A DNA stretch of 64,000 nt from an uncultured Candidatus Rokubacteria bacterium (GTDB lineage: Bacteria; Methylomirabilota; Methylomirabilia; Rokubacteriales; CSP1-6). Of this stretch, positions 11,398 through 24,164 are shown in pieces. Position numbers and translations under genes: made by a program. Position 1 is the stretch's first letter, and every line of letters starts with the position of its first letter. Location: positions 1,216,001 through 1,280,000 of the forward strand of contig CAVWWD010000008.1 of assembly GCA_963758635.1 (NCBI GenBank), given 5' to 3'. Below the pieces are notes generated by a model, which worked only from the letters and a program-made list of their open reading frames with translations, was not told where the DNA came from and made no database searches.

Positions 11398-12114
11398 ATG
11401 GAGGGCGTCATGAGCGGGCGCACGCGCGGGCGGTCGGAAGGGATGTCCGGGATGCTCCGGATCACGCTCGTGGCCGGCGGCGCCGCCGTCGTGTGCCTCG
11501 TCTTCACGCTGGGCGTGGTGACGGGACGGCACTGGGTGCGGCCGTCGCCGGATGCCGTGGCCGACCCCTCCCGGAAGGCGGCCCCGGCGAAGCGGAGCGC
11601 CCTCGTGGAGGGGGACGTGGAGCGGCCGCGCGCGAGCGGGGAGAAGCTCACGTTCTACCAGACGCTCACCGCGCCGCTCGGCCCGGGGGCCTCGTCCACG
11701 AAGCCGCTGGTGGCCGGCCGCGCGTCGGCCGAGTCGAGCGCTCCCGCGGCCCGGCCACCGGTCCAGGAGGCCGCCGCCTCGCGCGACTCGGGCGCGGCGC
11801 GGGAGGCCAGCGCCTCCCGCCCGACCGCGCCGGCCGCCGCGGCGGAGGCGGCTCAGCCGGCGCCGGCCCGGAGCGGAAGCGGCGGCTTCAACGTGCAGGT
11901 GGGCGCCTTCAAGAACCGCCAGCAGGCGGACGCCGTCCATCGCGACCTGCGCACGGCGGGCTTCGAGGCCTTCGTGACCACGCTGGGGACGGCCGACGGC
12001 GAGACGCGCTTCCGCGTGCGGGTGGGGCCGTTCCCGAGCCGGGCCGAGGCCGAGCGGACGGCCCAGCGGATGCGGGCGGCGCGCTCGCTGCCCACCTACG
12101 TCGCCGCCGACTAG
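11398..12114 (+). CDS. SPOR-domain cell division protein (FtsN/DedD-like)
   Basis: TM helix, KLTFYQTL motif, Ala/Pro linker, VQVGAF...RVRVGPF SPOR domain; follows argS. Confidence 0.85.
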   Translation: MEGVMSGRTRGRSEGMSGMLRITLVAGGAAVVCLVFTLGVVTGRHWVRPSPDAVADPSRKAAPAKRSALVEGDVERPRASGEKLTFYQTLTAPLGPGASSTKPLVAGRASAESSAPAARPPVQEAAASRDSGAAREASASRPTAPAAAAEAAQPAPARSGSGGFNVQVGAFKNRQQADAVHRDLRTAGFEAFVTTLGTADGETRFRVRVGPFPSRAEAERTAQRMRAARSLPTYVAAD

Positions 12115-12203
12115 TGAGCCCCGCGCGTCAGATGAATGTCGAGCGGTGGGACTGTAGAGGCCCGTCGCCGTTACCCGCAATCTGCGAGGGGCATTAACGC
12201 GCC

Positions 12204-12761
12204 ATGACCGAGCCCGCCACGGGCGTGGCCGTCGCCGACCAGCGCGTCTGCCGCGTGCTCATCTCGCGGGAGGAGATCGCCGCGCGCGTCCGCGAGCTGG
12301 CCCGGGCCATCGGTCGCGACTACCAGGACCGGAACCCGCTCCTCGTCGGCGTCCTGAAGGGCGCGGCCGTCTTCCTCGCCGACCTCGTGCGCGCCATCCC
12401 CGGGCCGGTCGGCTTCGACTTCATGGGCCTCGCCTCCTACGGCGCGGGCGCCCGCTCGTCGGGCGCGGTCCGCGTCACCGCCGACCTGTCGGTGTCGATC
12501 GAGGGCAGGGACGTCGTGATCGTCGAGGACATCATCGACACCGGCCGGACCGTGGACTACCTGCGGCGGAACCTCGCCACCCGCCATCCCCGGAGCGTCG
12601 CGCTCTGCTGCCTCCTGGACAAGGTGCGCCGCCGCGAGGTGCCGGTCACCGTGGACTACGTCGGGTTCGTCATCCCGGACGAGTTCGTCGTGGGCTACGG
12701 GCTCGACCTGGCCGGACAGTTCCGCGGCCTGCCCGACATCGTCGTCCTCGACGCGTCGTGA
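12204..12761 (+). CDS. hpt: hypoxanthine phosphoribosyltransferase
   Basis: VGVLKGA, VIVEDIIDTGRT PRPP motif, FVVGYGLD. Confidence 0.95.
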   Translation: MTEPATGVAVADQRVCRVLISREEIAARVRELARAIGRDYQDRNPLLVGVLKGAAVFLADLVRAIPGPVGFDFMGLASYGAGARSSGAVRVTADLSVSIEGRDVVIVEDIIDTGRTVDYLRRNLATRHPRSVALCCLLDKVRRREVPVTVDYVGFVIPDEFVVGYGLDLAGQFRGLPDIVVLDAS

Positions 12762-12812
12762 CGGCCGGGCGCCGCCGGGCGCCCGAGGGCCGTATGGTAT
12801 ACTCGCGCAGTA

Positions 12813-14627
<1,815 letters not shown>

Positions 14628-14701
14628 GCGCGTCCGTCATACGGGAGGGAGCCCCCGCGCCGGCTCCAGGTTGGCCCGTCCTACCTGCTTCCGCGTCGAC
14701 G

Positions 14702-15586
14702 ATGATAGGGTCGGACCATGGTGATCGCGCCGTGATCCACGGGACCTTGGGCGGCGTTCCCGTCGGAGACGACCGCGCCGTCGTCGTGATGGGGGCCATC
14801 AACGTGAGCCCGGGGTCCTTCTATGCCGGGTCGGTGGCCGGCAGCGACGAGGCCCTCCTGCGCACCGGCGAGGCCATGGCGAGCGCGGGGGCCTCGCTCT
14901 TCGACGTGGGCGCGCTCTCCACCGCCCCCTACCTGTCCACCGCCGTCTCGGCCGAGGAGGAGGCGGAGCGGCTCGGGACGGCCATCTCGCTCCTGACCAA
15001 GACCCTCGACGTCCCGGTCTCGGCCGACACCAGCCGCGTCCTGCCTGCCCGGGCGGCGCTGGACGCCGGGGCCCGGGTCATCAACGACGTGACCGGGCTC
15101 ACCGGCGATCCGGGGCTGGGGCCCCTGGTGGCGGCGGCGGGCGTGGGCCTCGTCCTGATGGCCGGGGAGCACGGGTTGCCGAGTCCGGGGAGCCCCCTCC
15201 CGGTCGTCCTCTCCATGCTCGAGGAAAGTCTCAGCCTCGCACAGGAAGCCGGTGTCGACATGGACGGGGTCGTGGTCGATCCCGGCATCGGGTTCTTCCG
15301 CCGGGCTGCCATCCCGTGGCACGAGTGGGACTGCCAGGTGCTGGCCGGGCTCTCCGCGCTCCGGCGGCTCGGGCGGCCGGTCCTGGTAGGGGTGTCGAGG
15401 AAGTCGTTCATCGGGGCCATCGCCGGCGAGGCCGACCCCGCGCGCCGCCTCCCCGGCTCGCTGGCCGCCACCGCCGCGGCCGTGCTGGGCGGCGCCCACG
15501 TGATCCGCACCCACGACGTGGCCGAGACGCTCCAGGCCGTGCGGGTGGCCGAGGCGGTACGCCGCGCCCAGGAAGACCGCCCGTGA
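14702..15586 (+). CDS. folP: dihydropteroate synthase
   Basis: MGAINVSPGSF, SADT, INDV, DPGIGF, GVSRKSFIG, IRTHDV; start may be GTG 14732. Confidence 0.92.
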   Translation: MIGSDHGDRAVIHGTLGGVPVGDDRAVVVMGAINVSPGSFYAGSVAGSDEALLRTGEAMASAGASLFDVGALSTAPYLSTAVSAEEEAERLGTAISLLTKTLDVPVSADTSRVLPARAALDAGARVINDVTGLTGDPGLGPLVAAAGVGLVLMAGEHGLPSPGSPLPVVLSMLEESLSLAQEAGVDMDGVVVDPGIGFFRRAAIPWHEWDCQVLAGLSALRRLGRPVLVGVSRKSFIGAIAGEADPARRLPGSLAATAAAVLGGAHVIRTHDVAETLQAVRVAEAVRRAQEDRP

Positions 15587-16414
15587 ACGCTGGGCTCGCC
15601 GCGCTGCAGGGGGAAGGTCTGGGACGCCCTCGACCTCCTGCTGCTGGTCGTCGTGCTGTACCAGATCTTCGTCGTCTTCAAGGGCACCCGCACCGTGCAG
15701 ATGGCCGCGGGCGTCATCGGCCTCGTGGCCGCCACCTACGCGGCGCGCCGGCTCGAGTTGTTCATGAGCGGGTACGTGCTGGACAGCTTCTGGTCGTTCT
15801 GGGTGCTCGCCCTGATCGTGCTGTTTCAGCCCGAGCTCAGGCGGGCCCTCGCCCAGGTGGGCCAGAGCCCGATCTTGCGCGCGATGACCCGGGCCGGGCG
15901 CGAGCAGCGGAGCCACGTGATCGACGACGTCATCAAGGCCGCAGACGCCCTCGCCGGCAAGCGCATGGGCGCCCTCATCGTGATGGAGCGCTCGATGGAG
16001 CTGCGGCAGTACGCGGAGCTCGGCGTGCCGCTCGACGCCATCGTGTCTGCCGACCTCCTCGTGAGCCTGTTCCTCCCGTACTCGCCGCTCCACGACGGGG
16101 CGGTGCTGATCCGCGACGGGCGCGTGTCGGCGGCGGGCTGCTTCCTTCCGCTGTCCCGGAACACCCAGCTCGGACGCCAGATGGGCACGCGACACCGGGC
16201 CGCGCTCGGCCTGTCCGAGGAGACCGACGCCGTGGTGCTCGCCGTCTCGGAGGAGAGCGGAGGGATCTCGATCTCCGTGGCCGGCCGTATCGAGACGCCG
16301 CTGGACCGCGAGGCGCTCCGCGGCCGCCTCGCCGACCTGTTCGCGCTGAAGGAAGGCGCCGCCCACCCGCGGGCCGCCGCCTGGCGGGCCGGCCTCGGAT
16401 GGCTCCGCAAGTGA
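15583..16414 (+). CDS. dacA: diadenylate cyclase CdaA/DacA (frameshift near 5' end)
   Basis: TM helices, FQPELRRAL, SPLHDGA, MGTRHRAA, VSEESG. Confidence 0.93.
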
Positions 16415-16442
16415 CCGCGCGGGCACGTCAGGAGATCCTCCG

Positions 16443-17802
16443 GTGAGCCGCCTCTTCGGGACCGACGGCATCCGCGGGCTCGCCAACGCCGAGCCGCTCA
16501 CCACCGAGCTGGCCTTCCGCCTCGGCCGCCAGCTCGTGGCCACGCTCATCGAGCACCACGGGCTCCCCAAGACGAGCCTCGTGGTCGGACGCGACACGCG
16601 GCTGTCCGGGCCCATGCTGGAGGGCGCGCTCGTGTCGGGGGCGCTGTCCGCGGGCGCCGACGTTCACACGGTGGGCGTGCTGCCGACGCCGGCCATCGCG
16701 TTCATGACGCGGCGGCTCCAGGCGCAGTGCGGCGTGGTCCTCTCCGCGTCGCACAACCCCTTCGCCGACAACGGCATCAAGATCTTCTCGGGCGAGGGGG
16801 CGAAGTTCCCGGACTCCTGGGAGGAGGAGATCGAGGGCCGGCTCCGCGAGCCCGACCACGCTCCCTGGCCGACCGGCGCGCACATCGGCCGCCTCCGCCC
16901 GTACGAGCAGGCGGAGGCCGACTACCTCGCGCACCTGCGCGCGGTGTCGCCGCTCGACCTCCGCGGCCTCACGATCGCCGTGGACTGCGCCCACGGCGCC
17001 ACGTACCGCGTGGCGCCCCGGCTGTTCCGGCAGCTCGGCGCGCGCGTGCTCGTGCGGGGCGTCCGGCCCGACGGCCTCAACATCAACGCGGGCAGCGGCG
17101 CGCTCGATCCCGCCGGGCTCCGTAAGCGCGTGCTCGCCGCGGGCGCGCACCTGGGCCTGGCCTTCGACGGCGACGGCGACCGCCTCATCTCGGTGGACGA
17201 GCAGGGCGAGGTCCGCGACGGCGACCACCTGCTCGCGATCTGCGCCCGCCACCTCGCCGTCCAGGGGAAGCTCCGGGGCGGCGCGGTCGTGACCACGGTG
17301 ATGGCCAACCTCGGCCTGGACAAGGCGCTGCGGGGCATGGGCCTCGACGTGGTCAAGGCGCAGGTCGGCGACCGCTACGTCCTCGAGGAGATGATCCGGA
17401 TCGGCGCGAACCTGGGCGGCGAGCAGTCGGGGCACCTCCTCTTCCTCGACAACGCCACCACGGGCGACGGCATCCTGTCCGCGCTCGAGCTGCTCGCCGT
17501 GATGCGCGAGAGCGGCGAGCCCCTGTCCGCGCTGGCCGGCGTGCCTCCGGAAGTTCCCCCAGGTGCTCGTCAACGTCCGCGTGCGCGAGCGGCGCCCGCT
17601 CGACGAGATCCCCGGGCTCACGCCACGGCTTCGGGCGCTCGAGCAGCAGATGGACGGGAGCGGCCGCATCCTGCTCCGCTACTCCGGCACCGAGCTGCTC
17701 GCGCGCGTGATGGTCGAGGGCGAGGACCAGGCCCACATCGAGGGCATTGCCGGGGAGCTGGCCGGCCTCATCCGGAAGGACATTGGCGAGCTGACCGCGT
17801 GA
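16443..17802 (+). CDS. glmM: phosphoglucosamine mutase (frameshift near 17545)
   Basis: LFGTDGIRG, SASHNP, FDGDGDR, GGEQSGH, RYSGTE. Confidence 0.95.
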
Positions 17803-17881
17803 TCGGCGCTGAGCCGTGGGCGGTTGGCCACTGCACTTCCATGAAATGCTCGCCTCGACCTTCGGGCTCAGCTCGCAAAGC

Positions 17882-18271
17882 ATGATCCGGGGCATCGGGA
17901 TCGACATGACGCGCGTGACGCGGCTCCGGCGCGCCGTCGAGCGATGGGACGACCGGTTCCTTCGCCGCGTCTTCACCGACGACGAGATCGCGTACTGCCG
18001 GCGGAACCGCGACCCGATCCCCCACCTGGCGGCGCGGTTCGCGGCCAAGGAGGCGGCGCTCAAGGCCCTCGGCACCGGGCTCACCATGGGCGTGCGCTGG
18101 CGCGAGGTCGAGGTGCGGCGCGAGCCCGACCAGGCGCCCACGCTGACCTTGTCCGGGCGGTGCCGCGCCCTCGCCCTCGCCCGGGGCGCAGAGCGCGCCC
18201 TCGTGTCGCTGTCGCACGACGGGGACTACGCGCTCGCCCAGGTCATGCTGGTCGACGACCGCGCGGGCTGA
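17882..18271 (+). CDS. acpS: holo-ACP synthase
   Basis: GIGID, RFAAKEAALKALGTG, VSLSHD. Confidence 0.93.
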   Translation: MIRGIGIDMTRVTRLRRAVERWDDRFLRRVFTDDEIAYCRRNRDPIPHLAARFAAKEAALKALGTGLTMGVRWREVEVRREPDQAPTLTLSGRCRALALARGAERALVSLSHDGDYALAQVMLVDDRAG

Positions 18272-18289
18272 CCGCGCCGCCTCCGCCGC

Positions 18290-19843
18290 GTGCTCCCCGT
18301 CTTCACGGCGGCCGAGATGCGGGCGCTCGACGCCCGCGCCACCAGCGAGCTGGGCATCCCCGGGACGCGCCTCATGGAGGCCGCGGGAGCCGGCGCGGCC
18401 CGCGTCATCGTCGAGCGGTTCGGCCCCGTCCGCGGGCGGCGCGTGGTGATCCTCTGCGGCCGGGGGGAAACGGCGGCGACGGCTTCGTCGTGGCCCGGCA
18501 CCTGCGGGCCCGCGGCGCCCGTGTGCGCGTCCTCCTGGCCGGCGCGCGCGGCGACGTGCGCGGCGATGCCGCGTGGGCCCTGGGACGCCTGCGCGGCCGC
18601 CTGGAGGAGGTGGATGGGGCGGGCGCGCCCGGCCTCGCGCGGGAGCTGGAGGGCGCCCACGTGATCGTCGACGCGCTCCTCGGCACCGGCCTCGCCGGCC
18701 CCGTCCGCGGGCCCGTCGCGAGCCTCATCGAGGCGGTGAACGCGGCGGGACGCCCGGTGGTGGCCCTCGACGTCCCGTCGGGCCTGGGGTCGGACGCCGG
18801 GACCGTGACGGGGCCCGCGGTGCGCGCGGCGGTCACCGCCACGTTCGCCGGCCACAAGCGATGCGTCGTGGTGCACCCCGCCGCGGAGCGCGCGGGCGCC
18901 GTCGTCGTCGTCCCCATCGGCATCCCGCCGGTGGAGGTCGCGCGGGGCATCCGGACCTTCCTCCTCGAACGCGACGACGTCCGCGGGCCACCTCGGCCCG
19001 CGACGCGCCGACTCGCACAAGGGCACCTACGGCCACCTCCTGGTGGTGGCGGGCTCGATCGGGCACACGGGGGCGGCGGCGCTGGCCGGCCGCGCCGCGC
19101 TGCGGAGCGGCGCCGGCCTCTGCACGATCGGCACGGCGGCCTCGCAGCAGCCCATCGTGGCCGCCCTCGGCATGGAGACGATGACGGCCGCGCTCCCCGA
19201 GACGCCGGCGCGCTCGCTGTCCTCCGACGCCCGCGCTCCCATCGCCGCGCTCGCGGAGCGGATGGACGCGGTGGCCATCGGCCCGGGGCTCTCGCTGCAT
19301 CCCGACACCCAGGCGCTCGCGCGCGCCCTCGTGGCCGAGGTGCCGCGCCCGATGGTGGTGGACGCCGACGCGCTGAGCGCGCTCGCCGGCCACCTGGACG
19401 TGCTGCGCGACGCGGCCGGCCCGCGCATCCTCACGCCCCATCCCGGCGAGATGGCGCGGATGCTCGGCCGCTCGGTGGCCGACGTGCAGGCCGAGCGCGT
19501 GGAGACGGTGCGGGACTTCGCCACGCGCTACCGCGTGCACGTGGTCCTGAAGGGCGCGGGCAGCTGCCTCGGCGAGCCGGACGGCCGGGTGTACGTGAAC
19601 CCGACCGGGAATCCCGGCATGGCCACCGGCGGCTCGGGCGACGCGCTCACCGGGATGCTGGGCGCGCTCCTCGCCCGCGGCCTCGCGCCGCTCGCCGCGC
19701 TCCAGTGCGGGGTGTATCTCCACGGATACGCCGGCGACATCGCCCGCGACCTCGTAGGGGAGGACGGCCTCATCGCGGGCGACGTTGTCGAGGCCATGCC
19801 CCGCGCCCTCGCCGAGATCCGCGAGGCGCCACCGCGCCGATGA
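18290..19843 (+). CDS. nnr: bifunctional NAD(P)HX epimerase/dehydratase (frameshifted)
   Basis: [52 protein letters not shown]. Confidence 0.92.
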
Positions 19844-20269
19844 CCGAACGCATGGTCGCCCGGACCCCGGAGGAGACGGCGGCGGCGGGGGAGCGCCTCG
19901 GCGCGCGCCTCCCCGCGGGCGCGGTGGTCGCGTGCGTGGGGGAGCTCGGCGCGGGCAAGACCTGCTTCGTGCAGGGGCTCGCGCGCGGCCTCGGCGTCAC
20001 CGCCGTCGTCACGAGCCCGACGTTCGTCCTCGTCAACGTCTACCGGGGACGCGTGCCCGTCTATCATCTGGACGCCTACCGCACGGACAACCTCACGGAG
20101 GTCGTCGACCTCGGCATCGACGAGATGATGGCCGGCCAGGGGGTCACGCTGATCGAGTGGGCGGACAAGGTGCCTGCCGCTCCTTCCCGCCGACGCGGTG
20201 CGGGTGACGATCTCCGGGCTGGGCGACGAGCCGCGCGAGATCGTGATCGAGGGCGCGCCCGCGGGCTGA
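19840..20269 (+). CDS. tsaE: tRNA threonylcarbamoyladenosine biosynthesis ATPase (frameshifted)
   Basis: [26 protein letters not shown]. Confidence 0.92.
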
Positions 20270-20272
20270 CCG

Positions 20273-21578
20273 TTGACCGTGCGCATCGCGGATCCTCCTC
20301 CTCGGGTTCTGCCTCTTCGTCGTCTACGGATCGCTGTTCCCGTTCGACTTCACCGTGGATCCGGTGGAGATCCGGCGAGACCTCGCGCACGCCGTGAGGC
20401 TGCCCTTCGACGCCACGGGGCGGCGGCGCTTCTCCATCCCCGACGTCGTGGCCAACGTGATGCTCGGCGTGCCGGTGGGGTTCCTGCTCGTCACCGGCGG
20501 GCTCGTCGGGCGCTCGATCGTGGCCCGCGCCGCCGCCGCGGTGGTGATCGCGGGCGTGTTCGCGGCCGCGGTGGAGGTCGGGCAGCTCCTCGCGCCGAGC
20601 CGCACCGCCTCGGCCCTGGACGTGGCCGCGCAGGCCGCGGGCGCGCTGGCCGGCGCCGTCGCCGCGCACGTGATGCGGCCGCTCGCGCGGAGCGCGTCGG
20701 AGCGGCGAGTGGTGGGGCACCTCCGGCGCCGGCCCGCGTGGATCGCCGCGGGCGTCCTCGCCCTCGCGCTCGCGGCCGACGCGCTCTACCCCTTCGCGCT
20801 GACGCTCGACGTGTCCACGGTGCGGGCGGGGATCAAGCAGGCCGTGCGCGCGCCGCTCGCGAGCGTCGCCCAGCGCTTCTGGGCCGATCTCGTGGTGGAG
20901 AAGGTGATCGCGTACGGCGCGCTGGCCCTCTTCGTCCGGGCCGCCCTGGCGACGACGCCGGCAGCCGGGCTCCTCGCGTGGCTCGCGGCCACCGCAGTGG
21001 CCGGCGGCCTCGAGGTCGCGAAGCTCCTCGTCGCCGGGCGCGCGCCCAGCCCCGGGGGGTTCCTGATCGCCGCGGCCGGCGCGCTCGCCGGCGTGGCCGT
21101 GGCGGGCTGGGGCGCGCGCCGGTGGCCGGGCGGGCTTCCCGGCGCCCGCGTGTTCGCGGCGGCCGCCGCGGGCCTGCTCGCGTTCCAGGAGCTGACGCCG
21201 TTCGACTTCACGTCCTCGGGCGCGGCCATCGCCGCCAAGGCCGCGCGCGTCGAGTGGTGGCCCTTCGCGGCCTACTACGGAGCCGACCTGCACAAGGCGC
21301 TCTTCGACGTCGGCAAGAAGCTCGTGATGGGGGCGTTCCTCGGCGCCTCGCTCGCCGGGGCGCGCGTGCGCGCGCCGGTCGGGTGGACGCTCGCGTGGGC
21401 CGCGGGGCTGGAGGCCGCCCAGGTCTTCCAGGTCTCGCACCTGCCCGCGATCACCGACGTGGCGGCGATCACGGCCGGCGCGGCAGCCGGCCGCGCGCTG
21501 CTCGCGCGCTACCACCGCTGGGCGGACGCGGGCGAGGGGGGCGGGGCGGCGCCCCGCGTATCCGTTTCTCGACATTGA
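20273..21578 (+). CDS. VanZ-family membrane protein (repeated VanZ-like units)
   Basis: YGSLFPFDF, DVVANVMLGVPVG, VEVGQL..PSRTASALDV, LEAAQ...ITDV; 5' frameshift. Confidence 0.75.
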
Positions 21579-21601
21579 TCGGCGGGCGACCGCCGTGATA
21601 C

Positions 21602-22294
21602 GTGAGCCCCATGGACGCCCCGCGCATCGCCGAGTGGCCCCTCGAGGACCGCCCGCGCGAGCGCCTGTACGACAAGGGCGCCGAGGCCCTCGCCGACGCC
21701 GAGCTGCTCGCCATCCAGCTCGGCGCGGGTGTGCGCGGGCAGAGCGCGGTCGAGGTGGCGCGCGGCCTCCTCGTGCGCCACGGCTCGCTCTCGGCCGTGG
21801 CGGCCCGGCCCGTCGTGGAGCTGGCCGCGCACCCCGGCGTGGGGCGGGCGCGGGCAGCGCGGCTCGCCGCGGCCTTCGAGCTGACCCGGCGGCTCCGCTC
21901 GCGCAACGGCGGCTCACGCGTGGTGCTGGCGAGCCCCGAGCAGGTGTACGCGCGCTACGGCCCCTTGATGGAGGACCTGCACAAGGAGGTGTTCCGCGCC
22001 GCGCTGCTCGACGCCCAGAACGGGCTGCTGCGCGACGTGATCGTCTCGGAGGGCACGCTGTCGGCGAGCCTCGTGCACCCGCGCGAGGTGTTCAAGCCCG
22101 CCATCCTGGAGCCGGCGGCGAGCGTGATCCTGCTCCACAACCACCCGAGCGGCGATCCCACCCCGAGCCGGGAGGACCTCCGGCTCACCCGGCAGCTCGC
22201 CGAGTGCGCGCGCATGCTCGACCTGCGGCTGCACGACCACGTGATCATCGGTCACGGGCGGTACGTGAGCCTCGCCCAGCGCGGGGCCATCTGA
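21602..22294 (+). CDS. radC: RadC-family JAB-domain protein
   Basis: RPRERL, ELLAI, VHPREVF, HNHPSGDPTPSRED, DHVIIG. Confidence 0.95.
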   Translation: MSPMDAPRIAEWPLEDRPRERLYDKGAEALADAELLAIQLGAGVRGQSAVEVARGLLVRHGSLSAVAARPVVELAAHPGVGRARAARLAAAFELTRRLRSRNGGSRVVLASPEQVYARYGPLMEDLHKEVFRAALLDAQNGLLRDVIVSEGTLSASLVHPREVFKPAILEPAASVILLHNHPSGDPTPSREDLRLTRQLAECARMLDLRLHDHVIIGHGRYVSLAQRGAI

Positions 22295-22295
22295 A

Positions 22296-22390
22296 GAAGC
22301 GCCCGAAGGGCGCAACCTCTAACCCTCTCCCCTCCGGGGAGAGGGTTAGGGTGAGGGGCGGTCGCACCAGCACGCGGAGGGTCCGCCGCC
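22296..22390 (+). repeat. ~95-bp REP-like palindromic element, copy 1
   Basis: GAAGCGCCCGAAGGGCGC...CCCTCTCCCCTCCGGGGAGAGGG...GGGTGAGGGG; close match to the reverse complement of 22953-23046. Confidence 0.85.
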
Positions 22391-22397
22391 GAGCCGG

Positions 22398-22640
22398 TCA
22401 GCCCTTCGCGAGCTTCTCCACTTCCTTCTTCTTGAGTCCCTGGATGCGCGCGAGAAGCAGCTTCACCTTCCGTTCGGAGGCGTGATCAGCGAGGATCAGC
22501 TTCCTGGACGTCGTGCCGTTGACGATGTAAGCGACCCAGTCATCCATGGCCGGCGTACCACGCCAGGCGACCGTGAGCCCGCTGAGCCGCATCCGCTTCC
22601 TGCCCTCTACTTTCGCCAGTGGCTTCCGGCTGCCCTCCAT
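22398..22640 (-). CDS. small basic hypothetical protein
   Basis: 80-aa Lys-rich ORF with realistic composition and an upstream GAGG. Confidence 0.7.
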   Translation of the reverse strand: MEGSRKPLAKVEGRKRMRLSGLTVAWRGTPAMDDWVAYIVNGTTSRKLILADHASERKVKLLLARIQGLKKKEVEKLAKG

Positions 22641-22905
22641 CCCTCGGCTTCCTCTCCTCGAGAACTTCGTGCGGTGGGCCGTCGCGCGCGATCAGCCGGC
22701 GCGCGTGAGAGTCACCTTTGCAAGCGACGCTCGTCGCTGTCAAGGACGCGTTTGCCCGCGCCAAATGCGCGTCGCGTGCGCGCGGCTCGCGGCGGACCGC
22801 ATGAATCCGCTACATTCTCGTGACGATCCTCGCGGTGGACGGCCGGAGCGTCTCTTTTCGCGGACACGCCCCTCGAACCGCGTCAGAGCGTCCGTTTTTC
22901 GCTGC

Positions 22906-22943
22906 TGTGGATGCCGGTGGATAAGTGGATAACCTGTGGGTTA
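22906..22943. promoter_or_regulatory. cluster of four DnaA-box-like 9-mers
   Basis: TGTGGATGC 22906, GGTGGATAA 22916, AGTGGATAA 22924, TGTGGGTTA 22935 (consensus TGTGGATAA). Confidence 0.55.
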
Positions 22944-22952
22944 CCGCGGGCG

Positions 22953-23046
22953 GGCGGCGGACGTTCCGCGTGCTCGTGCGGCGGCCCCTCACCCTGCCCT
23001 CTCCCCGGAGGGGAGCGGGTTGGATGTTGCGCCCTTCGGGCGCTTC
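22953..23046 (-). repeat. ~95-bp REP-like palindromic element, copy 2 (inverted)
   Basis: reverse complement of 22296-22390 with few mismatches; overlaps the 3' end of pyrD. Confidence 0.85.
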
Positions 23047-24020
23047 GTCAGCTCGTCGAGGATGCGCCGGGCGAGGAGCGGGCCACGCGTGACGAACCCG
23101 GTGAAGTACGCGCACGCGGTGGCGCCCGCGTCGAGCGCGGCGCGGGCCGCCTCCGGCGAGTCGATGCCGCCGGTGGCGACGATCTCGATCGCGTCGCCGA
23201 AGCGCGCGCGGAGCCGGCGCACGTTGTCGAGCGTGGCGGCGAGGAGCGGCGGCCCCGACAGCCCGCCGCTCCGCTGCGAGAGCCGCGGCTCGTCGATCCG
23301 CCGCGTGTTCCCCGCGTTCACGATGCGCACGCCCGCGGCGAGCGCGGCGGGCACGATGGCGTCCTCGTTCGTCTCGCGGAAGTCGGGCGAGACCTTCACG
23401 ATGAGCGGCTTGTCGGTGGCGGCCCGCGCCGCCGCGAACAGCCGGGCCAGCTCGGCGGGCTTGCGCGACCACTCGTACACGAGCGCCGTGTTCGGCGACG
23501 AGATGTTCATCTCGACCAGGTCGCCGAACGGGGCGAGGCCGGCCACCACCTCGACGTACTCGTCGATGGAGTCGCCCGCGGCCGAGACGATCAGCGGCAC
23601 GCGATGGGGCAGGCGCGCGAGGGCCTGCCGGTACGCGGCGAGGCCGGGGTTGTGAAAGCCGTTGCAGTTGACCAGCGCCGGCCCCTCCGGCGCGTCAAAC
23701 CGCACGAGGTTGGGCGCGGGGTGCCCGGGCCGCGGGCGCGGCGTGATCGTCTTCGCGGTCACCGCGCCGAAGCCCAGGCCCATGACCCGGCGCAGGATGA
23801 CCGGGTCGTAGTACATCGACGAGAGGATCAGCGGGTTCGGCAGCCGCACGCCGCCCAGCGTGATCGCGAGCCGGGGATCCGGGTTCGTGAAGATGGAGAG
23901 GCGATCGAGGGGCAGCAGGCGGAGCCCGCGCTGCCCGAGCGAGACCGCAACCGGCTCGGGCAACCGCGACAGGAGATGCCCGTAGAGGAGTCCGTACACC
24001 CGGTCGAGCGCGCGCGCCAT
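22989..24020 (-). CDS. pyrD: dihydroorotate dehydrogenase
   Basis: NCNGFHNPG, EMNISSPNT, VKVSPD, GNT, GGLSG, TGGI. Confidence 0.85.
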   Translation of the reverse strand: MARALDRVYGLLYGHLLSRLPEPVAVSLGQRGLRLLPLDRLSIFTNPDPRLAITLGGVRLPNPLILSSMYYDPVILRRVMGLGFGAVTAKTITPRPRPGHPAPNLVRFDAPEGPALVNCNGFHNPGLAAYRQALARLPHRVPLIVSAAGDSIDEYVEVVAGLAPFGDLVEMNISSPNTALVYEWSRKPAELARLFAAARAATDKPLIVKVSPDFRETNEDAIVPAALAAGVRIVNAGNTRRIDEPRLSQRSGGLSGPPLLAATLDNVRRLRARFGDAIEIVATGGIDSPEAARAALDAGATACAYFTGFVTRGPLLARRILDELTKRPKGATSNPLPSGERAG

Positions 24021-24083
24021 CACGCCGGAGGATAACGGAGACCCGGCATCCCGCCAAGCACGCCGCCACCGCCGCGGCCGCGA

Positions 24084-24150
24084 CGGCTCAACCGCCAGTG
24101 GCGCGTGCGCTTCCGATGGCGCGCACGACGTGGAGATCACCGACTATCAC
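24084..24150 (+). pseudogene. higB: remnant of a HigB/RelE-type toxin (C-terminus only)
   Basis: RLNRQWRVRFRW, then AHDVEITDYH in a shifted frame, directly upstream of higA; no N-terminus. Confidence 0.65.
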
Positions 24151-24164
24151 GGAGGGCAGCGACG

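Noticed and set aside
22861..22950. Chromosomal oriC
   Set aside because: Only four imperfect boxes, no AT-rich unwinding element and no dnaA/dnaN/gidA nearby.
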